DNA of 64,000 bases from Macrostomum hystrix. Its lineage: Eukaryota; Animalia; Platyhelminthes. Location: positions 11,160,001-11,224,000 of the forward strand of contig CATNEN010000039.1 of the NCBI GenBank assembly GCA_950097015.1. The letters are read 5' to 3'. Position numbers and translations under genes: made by a program. Under the pieces are notes generated by a model. The model ran no database searches. It saw only the letters and a list, made by a program, of their open reading frames with translations, and was not told the DNA's origin. Numbering within the stretch: position 1 is the stretch's first letter; each line of letters opens with the position of its first letter. Shown piece after piece: positions 49,524 through 61,200 of this stretch.

Positions 49524-50825
49524 AGCTTAGAAACTTTGTCCGACTCGGAATATTCATACAGTTAGGGTAATGTATCATCAACCAAATAGTGTATCTTCAA
49601 AACCGAACAAGAATTTTGACTTCTTCCTTGGTCCTGTGCAAGACAGAAACAAGCTATTATGTTTCACACAACAACTAATTTGAAAGTGGAAGAAATTATC
49701 CACAAGCTGAGGCATGATGTGCAATGAAGCATTAAGAGGAAAGAAAGATATTGATGTTTCAGTAGAAATTTTTATTGCAAAAGCATACTTTTTAACAACA
49801 TTTTTTCAGTATGTACTTTAGATGAAGATTGTATATGGTTGCTTGCCAATTAAGTGACCATAAATGTAGTTATTTATAGAGCATGAAAAAGTGCTTTCAA
49901 ATTATATAATTCAAATTTTATTGACAAAATGAAAAAACTATGCCTTCCTTGGCATGAGGTCAACAAACAAGACAGAGTTAAACCATACTATGTCTAGTAA
50001 TATCCTAGTTCACCAGCACTTAACGTACATATTAGCCAGCAATATAGTTTTCTCTGAACGGCACATTCAGCATGTAGCTACATATATATATATTATAATA
50101 TGAAGCCTTATAAATAAAAAAGAACATGTTCTCAGAACAAAGAACATGTTCGGAGTTGCCTAGGCTATTAGCCGACCATCGTGCATGTTCGATTACCGTT
50201 TCTTAGAACCTATCTTTGTCAACACGGGTGAATATTCCAACAGTTAAATTCGAGTCGTAGGCCCCCTAATAACTGTCTGAGAGCTTATTAGATGTATGCA
50301 TATAATTTGGAGTCGGAATAACTGTCTGAGAGCGTATTTAAACAAACAGACATTTGAGTCGCAATATTCCAACAGTTAAATTTGAGTCGGAATAACTGTC
50401 TGAGAGCTTATTAGATGTATGCATATAATTTCGAGTCGGAATAACTGTCTGAGAGCGTATTTAAACAAACAGACTTTCAAGTCGGAATATTCCAACAGTT
50501 AAATTTGAGTCGGAATAACTGTCTGAGAGCTTATTAGATGTATGCATGTAATTTCGAGTCGGAATAACTGTCTGAGAGCGTATTTAAACAAACAGACTTT
50601 CAAGTCAGAATATTCCAACAGTTAAATTCGAGTCGGAATAACTGTCTGAGAGCTTATTAGATGTATGCATGTAATTTCGAGTCAGAATAACTGTCTGAGA
50701 GTGTATTTAAACAAACAGACTTTCGAGTTGGAATAACTGTCAGAATATTCCGACAGGTAATGTATAACACATTAACTGTCGGAATAAGTGTCGGAATATT
50801 CCGAGTCAGACAAAGTTTCTAAGCT
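49524..50825. mobile_element. Non-autonomous TIR element with an internal 123-bp tandem repeat
   Basis: ~30-bp TIRs AGCTTAGAAACTTTGTC.GACTCGGAATATT. A 123-bp period is visible at 50230-50760. Confidence 0.75.
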
Positions 50826-52270
50826 AGGCCTAGACAAGTTCTTGCATATAACCTATCATAATGCATGGTGAGCTAGGCATGCTTTGCACCATGAAAACAA
50901 GCAAAAGTGCCCTAGATATTGTCCATATAAATACCATTTATTCTAAAGAGGAGAACGAAGATAGCTAAAGTTAGCTAAATTTGCTCAATAGCCAATCATA
51001 GGCCTATGTTTCTCAGAAAAAGCTAAGTTTTGGAACTTGTGAGATTAGAATTTAGTAATAGTAAGGGATGAGTAGTGTACATTAATTGGCATAAGTTAGA
51101 AGACCATCAAATTGTCTGTACTAGGCACCGAGCATTATAATTTATGACATCAGATACATAGCTACATAGGCATAGCTGAAGCAAAAAATATAATAACTTT
51201 GGTAGCTTTGCTTTTAAAAGAAAAGCAATAGGGCCTATGATATGTAAATAAATAAGACAAAAAAGTTTGTAAGCTAAGCTAATTGCAGGAGTATGCATAA
51301 TTTGTCGGCAGTATTCTTGCCAAAATATTTATTGAGAAGTGCAAGGGTAAATTAATTTTTCAACATATTAAGTAAGAGTGCAAGGGATCATTGACAAAAT
51401 TCGCGCACTTTCTTATAAAAGTTACAAACTTGAAGAAATAAGTTTAATCTTTTGCTGCTGATAAAAACTTTTATTAGGTAATCTCTATGTCCGTCTAGGC
51501 ATCAGAATTAAATAATAGTTCGATTACACAATTTTGCTTAACTGTATAAAATTTACGAAATCCAATTTTCGTAGAACTCAGTTTTTTCGTTAGCGAAGTA
51601 ATTAAATATCATTCAAGATATAGTAGCTTGCATACATATCGCTTGTGATAACATATCTTGGCTGGTTAAAAAAGCCTCTTCAATCATCAGTTTAGTTATT
51701 TAGTTGTTGTAGAAATCTGTCAAAAGTCTTGTACATTAATACATAGCGATAATTTTTGGTGTTGCCTTTTAAATTCGTTCAAAGTGCGGATAGTGCTGTA
51801 ATTGCCTGGAAAGACAACCAAAAAACTATTATAATTTATATGTGCACTTTAGTTACTTGGTCTCTGTTTTATGAGTTACAATAAGTTTGAGTATAGGGAA
51901 TCATGCGGCAGTTCATCTATTAAAAAACCAACATTGATTGCAACTGGCTAGAGATAAAATTTCTCTGTTAAGCTAGATAGTATAGGCCTAGTAGATATCC
52001 TATTTTAAGTTGCGAAAAACAGCAGACAGGCAGTAATACCATAAACGGCTTTTCATTTTAGCTGCAATACAGCTATTTATTAAAGGTAAAAATCTAACAG
52101 AGCTGGGAGAAAGTCTACAGAGTTTTCTATTTTGATCAATTGTTGCTGCTAGATATTGCATTACAATTACCCAATATATATTAAACATTACACACTGCAC
52201 AACCATATCAAAGTACAGAGTCAATATCATTTTTTGATTGCTAAAACAAACGGCACATATAAATTATATA

Positions 52271-55200
52271 ATGGTGTTTGGTAACCTTTTTAACATAGCA
52301 AAAAATCCAATACTTCGGTATTTGTCAAAGTAAGTAATGCTTTATTGTCTCTATTTTTGTTCAAAATATTTTGCTGTCTAAATGTTATATTATTTAGATT
52401 GTAAGAATTTTTATCAACTGTACAATTGAACAGTAAAAAATTACTGTAAATTATTTACTTATTAAGTTAGGGTAATGTACAAGGGGCACTACAAAAGTTT
52501 TTAGCCACGTCTAAACAGAAACAGCTATGAAGCTGGAATTTTCACAGCTTCTCAAAGTATTGTCCACCAGCCTGGATGCAGCGCCTCATCCTCTCAAACC
52601 AGTTGACGAAGCAGTGGTGCCACTCAGAAGTCAACACCCCTTCCACCATCTCGTCGAATGTATCAGCAGCCTCCTCTGCAGTTGAAAATCGGCGACCAAG
52701 TAGCGAGTCTTTGACTTTAGGGAACAAAAAAAGTCACACTGTGCCAGATCAGGCGAGTATGGCGGGTGACTGGTCAGCTGCAGTCCCTGAGTCTGCAGGA
52801 ACTGCCGTGTTGCCTGAGCCGCGTGAGCGCTCGCGTTGTCCTGATGCAGCGTCAGGCCTTGGACACCTGACTTCGGACGCGTCCTACTCAGGCTGTGAAT
52901 GACCTGTGGCAAGCAGATGCTGGTATACCAGGCTGCAGTCACCGTGCACTGCTCCATCAGCCGCACAGTCGCCACGTGACCTGAGCGACGGAAAAAAGTC
53001 GCGCCTATTTGCTTGCCGGTGCTCCTGCCCTGCACAACCTTTGTTGGCGGAACCTCATCTGGAAACGCCCACACCTGTGACTGGCACTTGCGCTTTGGCT
53101 CGTAGCAGTAAACCCAAATCTTGTTGCATGTCACGATGTCGGCGACCACCTTAGACGCTCCATCGCTGGACGCTGTACTTCTGCAGCATCTGGCGGCACT
53201 AGTCAACCCTGGCCTGCTTTTGCTCAGGCTTCAGCAGGTGGGGCACCCAACGGCTAGTCAGCTTGCGCAAGCCGATGTGGTCGTGGAGAATTTTGGCGAT
53301 GGCCAGCAAATGGATACCCAGGGATGCCTCAATCTCCTTGTAGGTTATCCGCCAGTCAGCTTCTACCAGCTGGTGGACACGAGCCACTGCTTCTGGTGTC
53401 GTGGCAGTGGAAGATCGACCCGTCCGCTCCTCGTCTTCCAACGAGTCTCGGCCACGACTAAACTCGCGGAACCAGTTGCTGATGGTCGCAAGTGACGGAG
53501 CAGCTTCTGGGAAAGCCGCTGACAACCTTTAGTGGCACTGGCGGCAATCAAGGCCGCTGCAATAGTAATAGAAGATCATGGCACGAAAGTGCTCGCAATT
53601 CAGTTCCATGAGCTCAGCTAGAAAGTGGGCAGAGGTGCTGAAGTTATCTGGCTCTAGCGGCTAAATGCTGCGAGATATTTGCGTGAAATGTTATTATTCA
53701 TCATGGTCATATATATTGTCCTGTAAGCCTGTGAAAAATTAATCTGATAGGACAAACAGCTGAGGTCTAGCTAAAAACTTTTGTAGTGCCCCTTGTATCA
53801 TCAACTGAACAGTGTATCTTCAAAACCAAACAAGAATTTTGACTCCTTCCTTGGTCTTGTGCAAGACAGAAACAAGCTATTGTGTTTCACAGAACAACTA
53901 ATTTGAAAGTTGAAGAAATTATCTACAAGCTGAGGCATGATGTGCAATGAAGCATTAAGAGGAAAAAAAGATATTGATGTTTCAGTAGAAATTTTTATTG
54001 CAAAAGCATACTTTTTAACAATGTTTTTTCAGTATGTACTTTAGACGAAGATTGTATATGGTTGCTTGCCAATTAAATGACCATAAATGTAGTTATTTAT
54101 AGAGCATGAAAAATGCTTTCAAATGACAATTCATGATAGTTCACTCCTTAAAATAAGATTAAACCACTCACTCAAATTGTAAAACCAAACATCAAATTCT
54201 CTGTTTGGCTTGAAGATACATGAAAATCATTGTTCAGTTTTAGATAAAAAGCAGGAATAACTTTTTTTCTATTTGATAAAATAGCAAAAGCAGATACTTT
54301 TTAGAAAGATGTAACTGTTTTCTATAACTTGGCTTTTGATTTATCATCATATCTTAAATAGAAAATCTGTAGCGTAGGTTTGAAGTAAAAAAATACACAT
54401 TCTTGTTTGGTTGATGATACATTACCCTAGTAAGCTTTTGTATTGCCTTTTATCTAGGGGCTAGGGCATGGTGAGTCTTTATTTTGTTTTTATCTACAAG
54501 TTGTTGATTTTGTGGGTCTATATAAACACTACAAGTCCAATGAGCTAAAACAGACTGCAAAGAGCCACAATGGAGATATTGAAAAATATTGTATAGTGCT
54601 AGTGGGATAGCTAGTCTATATTTAATATTTAACATATGGGTTATAAAATGTTTTTACATTATCTAGGGCCTAGGGGTTATATCCTTTGTAGTTAGAGGAT
54701 CTCACAACTCGAAGGTCTAGGCTCAATTCCCAACCTTACTGGATAAGGTCCTTTAGAAAGCCACATTGCTTCAGTTCACCTAGCTCATAAGTAGGTACTG
54801 ATATTAACTTATATCGTTGGGTGGGTGAGGTGTCCTCTTAGTCAATGAACTGAACACCTATATATAGTCTTCAGATGTACCACATAATTGCTGTGGCTGT
54901 GCTGTCAACTTAATCTGGCCCAATTAAATTAGGTGCTAATTTAATTAAATCTTGCTAGAAGAAAAAATATATAAACAAAAAGTTACAAAGTCTCTGGTCT
55001 GGTCAGAAAGTTTCTCTTACTGGTTTTAAAGATACTATAATCTAAATGTTCAATTTATGACTAAGCCCAATTTATATAAGATGTTTAGTAGTAGAATGAT
55101 AATATGTCAGCCTATGTCAGTGACAATAACAAGGTCTATAAGCTTGAATCCATGGCAAGTCCAGAATGATGTGTCCAGAGAGCAGTGTGAATTCCGATTC

Positions 55201-58200
55201 ACTCTTTCCTTAATATATGTTGGGATTTAACCAGAAATTTTAAGGCATAAAAATCGCATTTTGATTGTCTATATTGAATCGTGGTATTTGTTTGTTGCAT
55301 GTAATGTATTGCAGCATAAACTTGCACTGTCTTTAATTTAGAACAATGTGTTAAATTTCTGTCATTAACTCAGATTCGCCAAGAATTTGTCCCCTGAGCA
55401 CCTGAAGCTGAGCTTTGTCAAAGGCGAAGGCGAACTAACCAACCTTGAGCTCAATGAGGAAGCCATCATGCAGCTGCTGGACCTGCCCACCTGGCTGAGG
55501 CTGCGCAGCGCACGCTGCAACCGAGTGTCCATCCGCTGTCAGTGGACCAAACTGCGCAAACAGCCGCTGTGCCTCAGTCTGGACGAGGTTGAAGTAGAAA
55601 TTGAAGCTCTGGACACGCCTAGACCGCAGAATGGCTCGGACACGGCCAGTTATAAGGACAAGGCCTCCGACGGGCGCTACGGATTCGCCGACAAAGTAAT
55701 CGATGGCATTGATCTGTGCGTGAACTCCGTGGTGATTGTGTTTCGCGCTAGGGCATTTCGAGCATCGATTCAGGTGAGATTATCAGCGAATATTTGCTAA
55801 TAAAATTAATTAAGCAGCTAAACCTCAACCACCCATCTAAACTTATAAATATGGTTAACTTAGGGGTGAGTGGCAGAGCAATCTAACGCGTTAGCCTCTC
55901 GCACTGAGGTCCCTAAGTTCGATTCCGCAGCGAGGCCACATTTATTTGCGGCGCAGCCGTAGAGAGAAGGCTTTAGCGGCTTGTCGTGCAATTAACGCCC
56001 TTGGGGGGGGCCAACCTCCAAGGCACAGTGAGAGTGTACACTGCCTGACGATGAGAAAGTCAGTGCAGATGTACACACCTGTGTGAGTGTGTGCCTGCTT
56101 ACAGTAGTGTGTGTGTGTGTGTGTGTGTGTGTGCTCAGGAATCAGCTAATGTTTCTAATGTTAGCAGAATTGCTTCTTCGCTGTCTGGTCTAGTGTCACC
56201 AAGTGATGTACCAATTGCCCGCAGCCCTCCTGCAGGTATTACTCGTATTATAATTTATTTCATGGTTTATTTTTTACATTTAAGTGCCTTTTAGTCAATT
56301 ATGTGCATGCCTGTAATAACAATGAGATCAGCCAACTCACAATGCTGGCGTCTCTAATCTGGAAGCCGGGTTGAATTTCCAAACAGAAGTCGATAGTGCT
56401 GGGTGCTGCCATCAAAGTGTTCCGAAACTCCTCGCACGGGATGCTAAACAGGAGCACTAGATCACAACCAAGACTAAGAAAAACTGTAAAAGATCATAAA
56501 AACCTATTGTCTCGGCCTCAGCGGGGCACTGTTAATATGAAAAAGTAAGGGTTAGCAGACGCATCACGTGGTTTCTATTATTAGAAACTGACATCAGATA
56601 AACAAGGCAGCAGACCTATCACCTAGTGATCGGTTGCTAAAAATAGAAACTGACGTCATAAATACCTACGTGGAAGAGAGGATTCTAGGACAGGCAGACT
56701 TGTTACTTAAAATATAAATGAGTCATTAGTGCAAGTAAACAGGTCCTCTAGGGATCACGTGAGGCAGGCATCCCTAAAAATTAGCAGACAAAGAGTATTT
56801 TGGCTGCTTAAGACGTCTTTAAGTCGTCGGCCATTAAATATTACAGTTAAAGCTTCTATTCGTTTGTTGGCCTAGAACTACTGAGGCCTGCTACGTGAGG
56901 GGCCAATCATGAATAAGAATCCGTTAGTTTAGTTAGTTAGTTTGTGAGACTACACTGCTGTCAAAAATTTGCGTGACTCAAGCTGTTAGACACTAATTAG
57001 ATGACGAGGCATTAAAACATGGTACAGCTGCTCCCGCTGTCTACCCTGAGGCTAATGATCGTAATGTAAGGCATTACTATTCATTAATTTAAACATTTCT
57101 TCACCCACTCAGCTGTCCCGAGTCCATCTGTACTCGGTGCTTCCCACCTGGAACAAAGGCGAGCTTAAGTTCACCTATTTGCGCAGCCGGGAACGCGATC
57201 AAATCCTGCTCTTCAAGGAGGTCGTCTGGGAGACCACACGATTCGAGGCAGGCAATTCGGAGGACTGCGGAGCAACCCTTGTGCGCCTCATCACAAACAC
57301 CTCCCGAATTCGCCTGACAATTAAGAAGAACCTGGCGGGTAAGTGCGTGGAATTGCCATAGAGTGTTTATTCTGCTGAGGCAGGGTGTGTTTATTCAGCT
57401 GAGGCAGGGTGTGTTTATTCAGCTGAGGCAGGGTGTGTTTATTCAGCTGAGGCAGGGTGTGTTTATTCAGCTGAGACAGGGTGTGTTTATTCAGCTGAGG
57501 CAGGGTGTGTTTATTCAGCTGAGGCAGGGTGTGTTTATTCAGCTGAGGCAGGGTGTGTTTATTCAGCTGAGGCAGGGTGTGTTTATTCAGCTGAGGCAGG
57601 GTGTGTTTATTCAGCTGAGGCAGGGTGTGTTTATTCAGCTGAGGCAGGGTGTGTTTATTCAGCTGAGGCAGGGTGTGTTTATTCAGCTGAGGCAGGGTGT
57701 GTTTATTCAGCTGAGGCAGGGTGTGTTTATTCAGCTGAGGCAGGGTGTGTTTATTCAGCTGAGGCAGGGTGTGTTTATTCAGCTGAGGCAGGGTGTGTTT
57801 ATTCAGCTGAGGCAGGGTGTGTTTATTCAGCTGAGGCAGGGTGTGTTTATTCAGCTGAGGCAGGGTGTGTTTATTCAGCTGAGGCAGGGTGTGTTTATGT
57901 TGCTAGTCTGCGAGTGTATAGTTGGGTTAGACAGTGTTCCTGATGTTAGATGGACTTTATTAGCTTAAATTTTGAATATCGCTCGCCTTTGCAGACTGTC
58001 GCATCGTTGCCTCCCGCCTGGAGCTGCTGCTAGACGACCTGCTGTGGGTGCTGACCGTGTCCCAGCTGGAGGCCACGGTTCTGTTTGTGAAATCTCTACA
58101 GAAAAGCGTGGAGAAATCAGTGCAGCAGTCGAAACAGCAGGCTAAAAAGAAGTTGGAGGTCAGTGCCGTTGTTGTGGGCTGATTTGACCTGTTTGGTGAA

Positions 58201-61200
58201 AATCTTACAGCCTAGTTTTTCTGATTGCATGAGCATTGCTAGGGGGTGAGTGGCAGAGCGGTTAACGCGGTCGCCTCTCGCGCCAAGGTCCCTGTGCTCG
58301 ATTCCACGGCGAGGCCACATTTATTTGGGGCGCAGCCGCGGAGAGAAGGCTTGGGGGCTTGTCGTGCAATTTACGCCCTGGAGGGCCAACCTCCAAGGCA
58401 CAGTGAGAGTGTACACTGCCTGACGATGAGAAGTTAGGGCAGATGTACACACCTGTGTGAGCGTGTGCCGGCGTACAGTATATGTGTGCAAATTTGCTCA
58501 AGAGTCAGCGAAATGGGCAGAATTGCCTCCTCGCAGGCTGCGGGTCTAGTGTCACCAAATGACGTGCCATTGGCCGCAGCCCTCCTGCAATGTTGGATGC
58601 TGGTCCTCAATGGCGTAAGTTACTCCTCTCCGCCCTATCGTAATGCGACCCCAAATTAGACGGGTTAACCGATGGGCCCCTCATCCCCAACCTTTAAACT
58701 AATGAAATCCCCCAATTTTCCGTGAATGCCGTTTAGCAAACTCGCCAGCCCAGCGGCCACCGTCTGTCGCAGGCGTCGGCCCTGTCGCCGGCCCAGCAGC
58801 TGCAGCAGCAGCGCGAGTCAACCGATGCCTCTTCGGCCGCGGCCAGCGAGATCGCGTTTCGCCGATTCGACATCCTGGAGACCTCCTACCACCTGCACAC
58901 CGGCCGCGTGGATTTGCACTTTTGCGAAGAGAGCGGCTCCGGTGAGTCTGAAGGGCTTGTTCTCTTTGCCAGCCACATTGAGTATCCCAGGAGCTATGAC
59001 CTCTCTTTGTCTTCTCCTTATTCCAGACTCAAAGCTTAGCGAGAGCTCCGTTGTCAACGGCGCTATTCAGCTCACACTGCTACACATCAGATTTCAGCTC
59101 TACCCCCTGCATCCGTTCGGTAAGTTGACATTTTAGTAGAATAGATTTTATTAGCGTAGATAAGACCTCGTGGATTTTGGATTAGCTGTCGTAGATTATA
59201 GATTAGCTGTCGTAGATTCTGGATTAGCTGTCGTAGATTCTAGATTAGCTGTCGTAGATTCTGGATTAGCTGTCGTAGATTCTGGATTAGCTGTCGTAGA
59301 TTCTAGATTAGCTGTCGTAGATTCTGGATTAGCTGTCGTAGATTCTAGATTAGCTGTCGTAGATTCTGGATTAGCTGTCGTAGATTCTAGATTAGCTGTC
59401 GTAGATTCTGGATTGGATCTCGTAGATACTAGATTATATTTATTTTAAATATATTTAAATGATATATTCGTTTAAACGAGTAATCAAAAAACTTTTGAAT
59501 GATTTTTTATGTATCGAAAATTCGTAAACTATCCGCAGAATCGGACCGCAGCGAGCGTTGGCTGTACCACACCGATGTGCACGAAAAAGCCGACCAGTGG
59601 CACAAGCAACGGGTGGCCAATCTCGGCGCCGCCTGCCTCACTGATCAGCTGATTGAGAGCTGCGTCACCATCAGCCTGCAGGACTTCTGCATGGCCTGCG
59701 TCACCAGCACAGACGCCAGCAAGAATAAAAAGGCACCGTTTCTGGCCTCGGACAAAGCCATTCTACAGCTGCCCAAGAACACAATCACCGGCTTTGTTGA
59801 CTTCACCGAGTTCTTCTACCCGGTTCCTGTCAGTGCAGCGGGTAAGCCACCAGCAGTAGCACGCTTAACGCTTCTAGAACTCGGGATTCGGTTCTAGAAT
59901 TCAAGATTCGGTTCTAGGATATGGTTTTCGGTTCTAGAATTCAAGATTCGCTTCTAGGATATGGTTTTTGGTTCTAGAATTCGGGATTCGGTTCTAGGAT
60001 ATGGTTTTCGGTTCTAGAATTCAAGATTCGCTTCTAGAATTCGGGATTCGGTTCTAGGATATGGTTTTCGGTTCTAGAATTCGGGATTCGGTTCTAGGAT
60101 ATGGTTTTCGGTTCTAGAATTCGGGATTCGGTTCTAGGATTTTTTTATTCGGTTCTAAGATTTGGGATTCGGTTCTAGAATTCAAGATGCGGTTCTAGGA
60201 TATGGTTTTCGGTTCTAGAATTCAAGATGCGGTTCTAGAATTCGGGATTCGGTTCTAGGATATGGTTTTCGGTTCTAGAATTCAAGATTCGGTTCTAGGA
60301 TATGGTTTTCGGTTCTAGAATTCAAGATGCGGTTCTAGAATTCGGGATTCGGTTCTAGGATATGGTTTTCGGTTCTAGAATTCAAGATGCGGTTCTAGAA
60401 TTCGGGATTCGGTTCTAGGATATGGTTTTCGGTTCTAGAATTCAAGATTCGGTTCTAGGATTTTTTTATTCGGTTCTAAGATTTGGGATTCGGTTCTAGA
60501 ATTCGGTTTTCAGTTCTAGAATTCGGTTTTCAGCTCTAGAATTCGGTTTTCAGTTCTAGAATTCGGTTTTCAGTTCTAGAATTCGGTTTTCAGTTCTAGA
60601 ATTCGGTTTTCAGTTCTAGAATTCGGTTTTCAGTTCTAGAATTCGGTTTTCAGTTCTAGAATTCGGTTTTCAGTTCTAGAATTCGGGATTCGGTTCTAGA
60701 ATTCGGGATTCGGTTCTAGAATTTGGTTTTCAGTTCTAGAATTCGGTTTTCAGTTCTAGAACTGAAACTGAAGCGTAATTTTCGCATTTATGTTAGTGGG
60801 CTGCATTGGTATTTCTTGTATCCAGTCGTGTTTTTGCCCTGAACTGCTAATTCGAGTTGGCTGTCTAGTCGTGTATATTCTTGTAAATGTCTCCTGACAG
60901 ACTTGTAGGGTCAAATGACAGACGAAGCTAATTTCTGCCTCATTCCAGCTCCCCTGCCATGCCTGTACGCCCACTTCAACCCGCTGCACCTCCGGCTGGA
61001 CTTTGAGACCTTGATCTGGCTGAATGCCTTCAACCTGAGCCTGAGCAAGAATCTGGTAAGCAGCCCGATTGGCTTCATCATTTTGATTCCCTTAAGCATA
61101 GTAGATTGTGCTCCAGCTGTGTTTTCCGTGCGAGTCCTATCAGACCCGTGTGTCTATTGTTTGCATTTGTAACACACACACTGTGCATATTTTAAGCATA

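Noticed and set aside
52000-52230. Minus-strand 76-aa ORF as the first exon of the DnaJ gene
   Set aside because: A closer phase-compatible ATG exon exists at 43761-43709, and this ORF has only a weak donor and no recognisable homology.
56030-56080. Hammerhead ribozyme in the SINE (CTGACGA-TGA-GAAA)
   Set aside because: Only 3 nt separate the core motifs, leaving no stem II, and the segment pairs better as a simple hairpin.
57363-57968. 201-aa (LRQGVFIQ)n ORF, and the similar 59170-59448 ORF
   Set aside because: These are intronic minisatellites with unit lengths divisible by 3; the flanking exons splice around them in frame.
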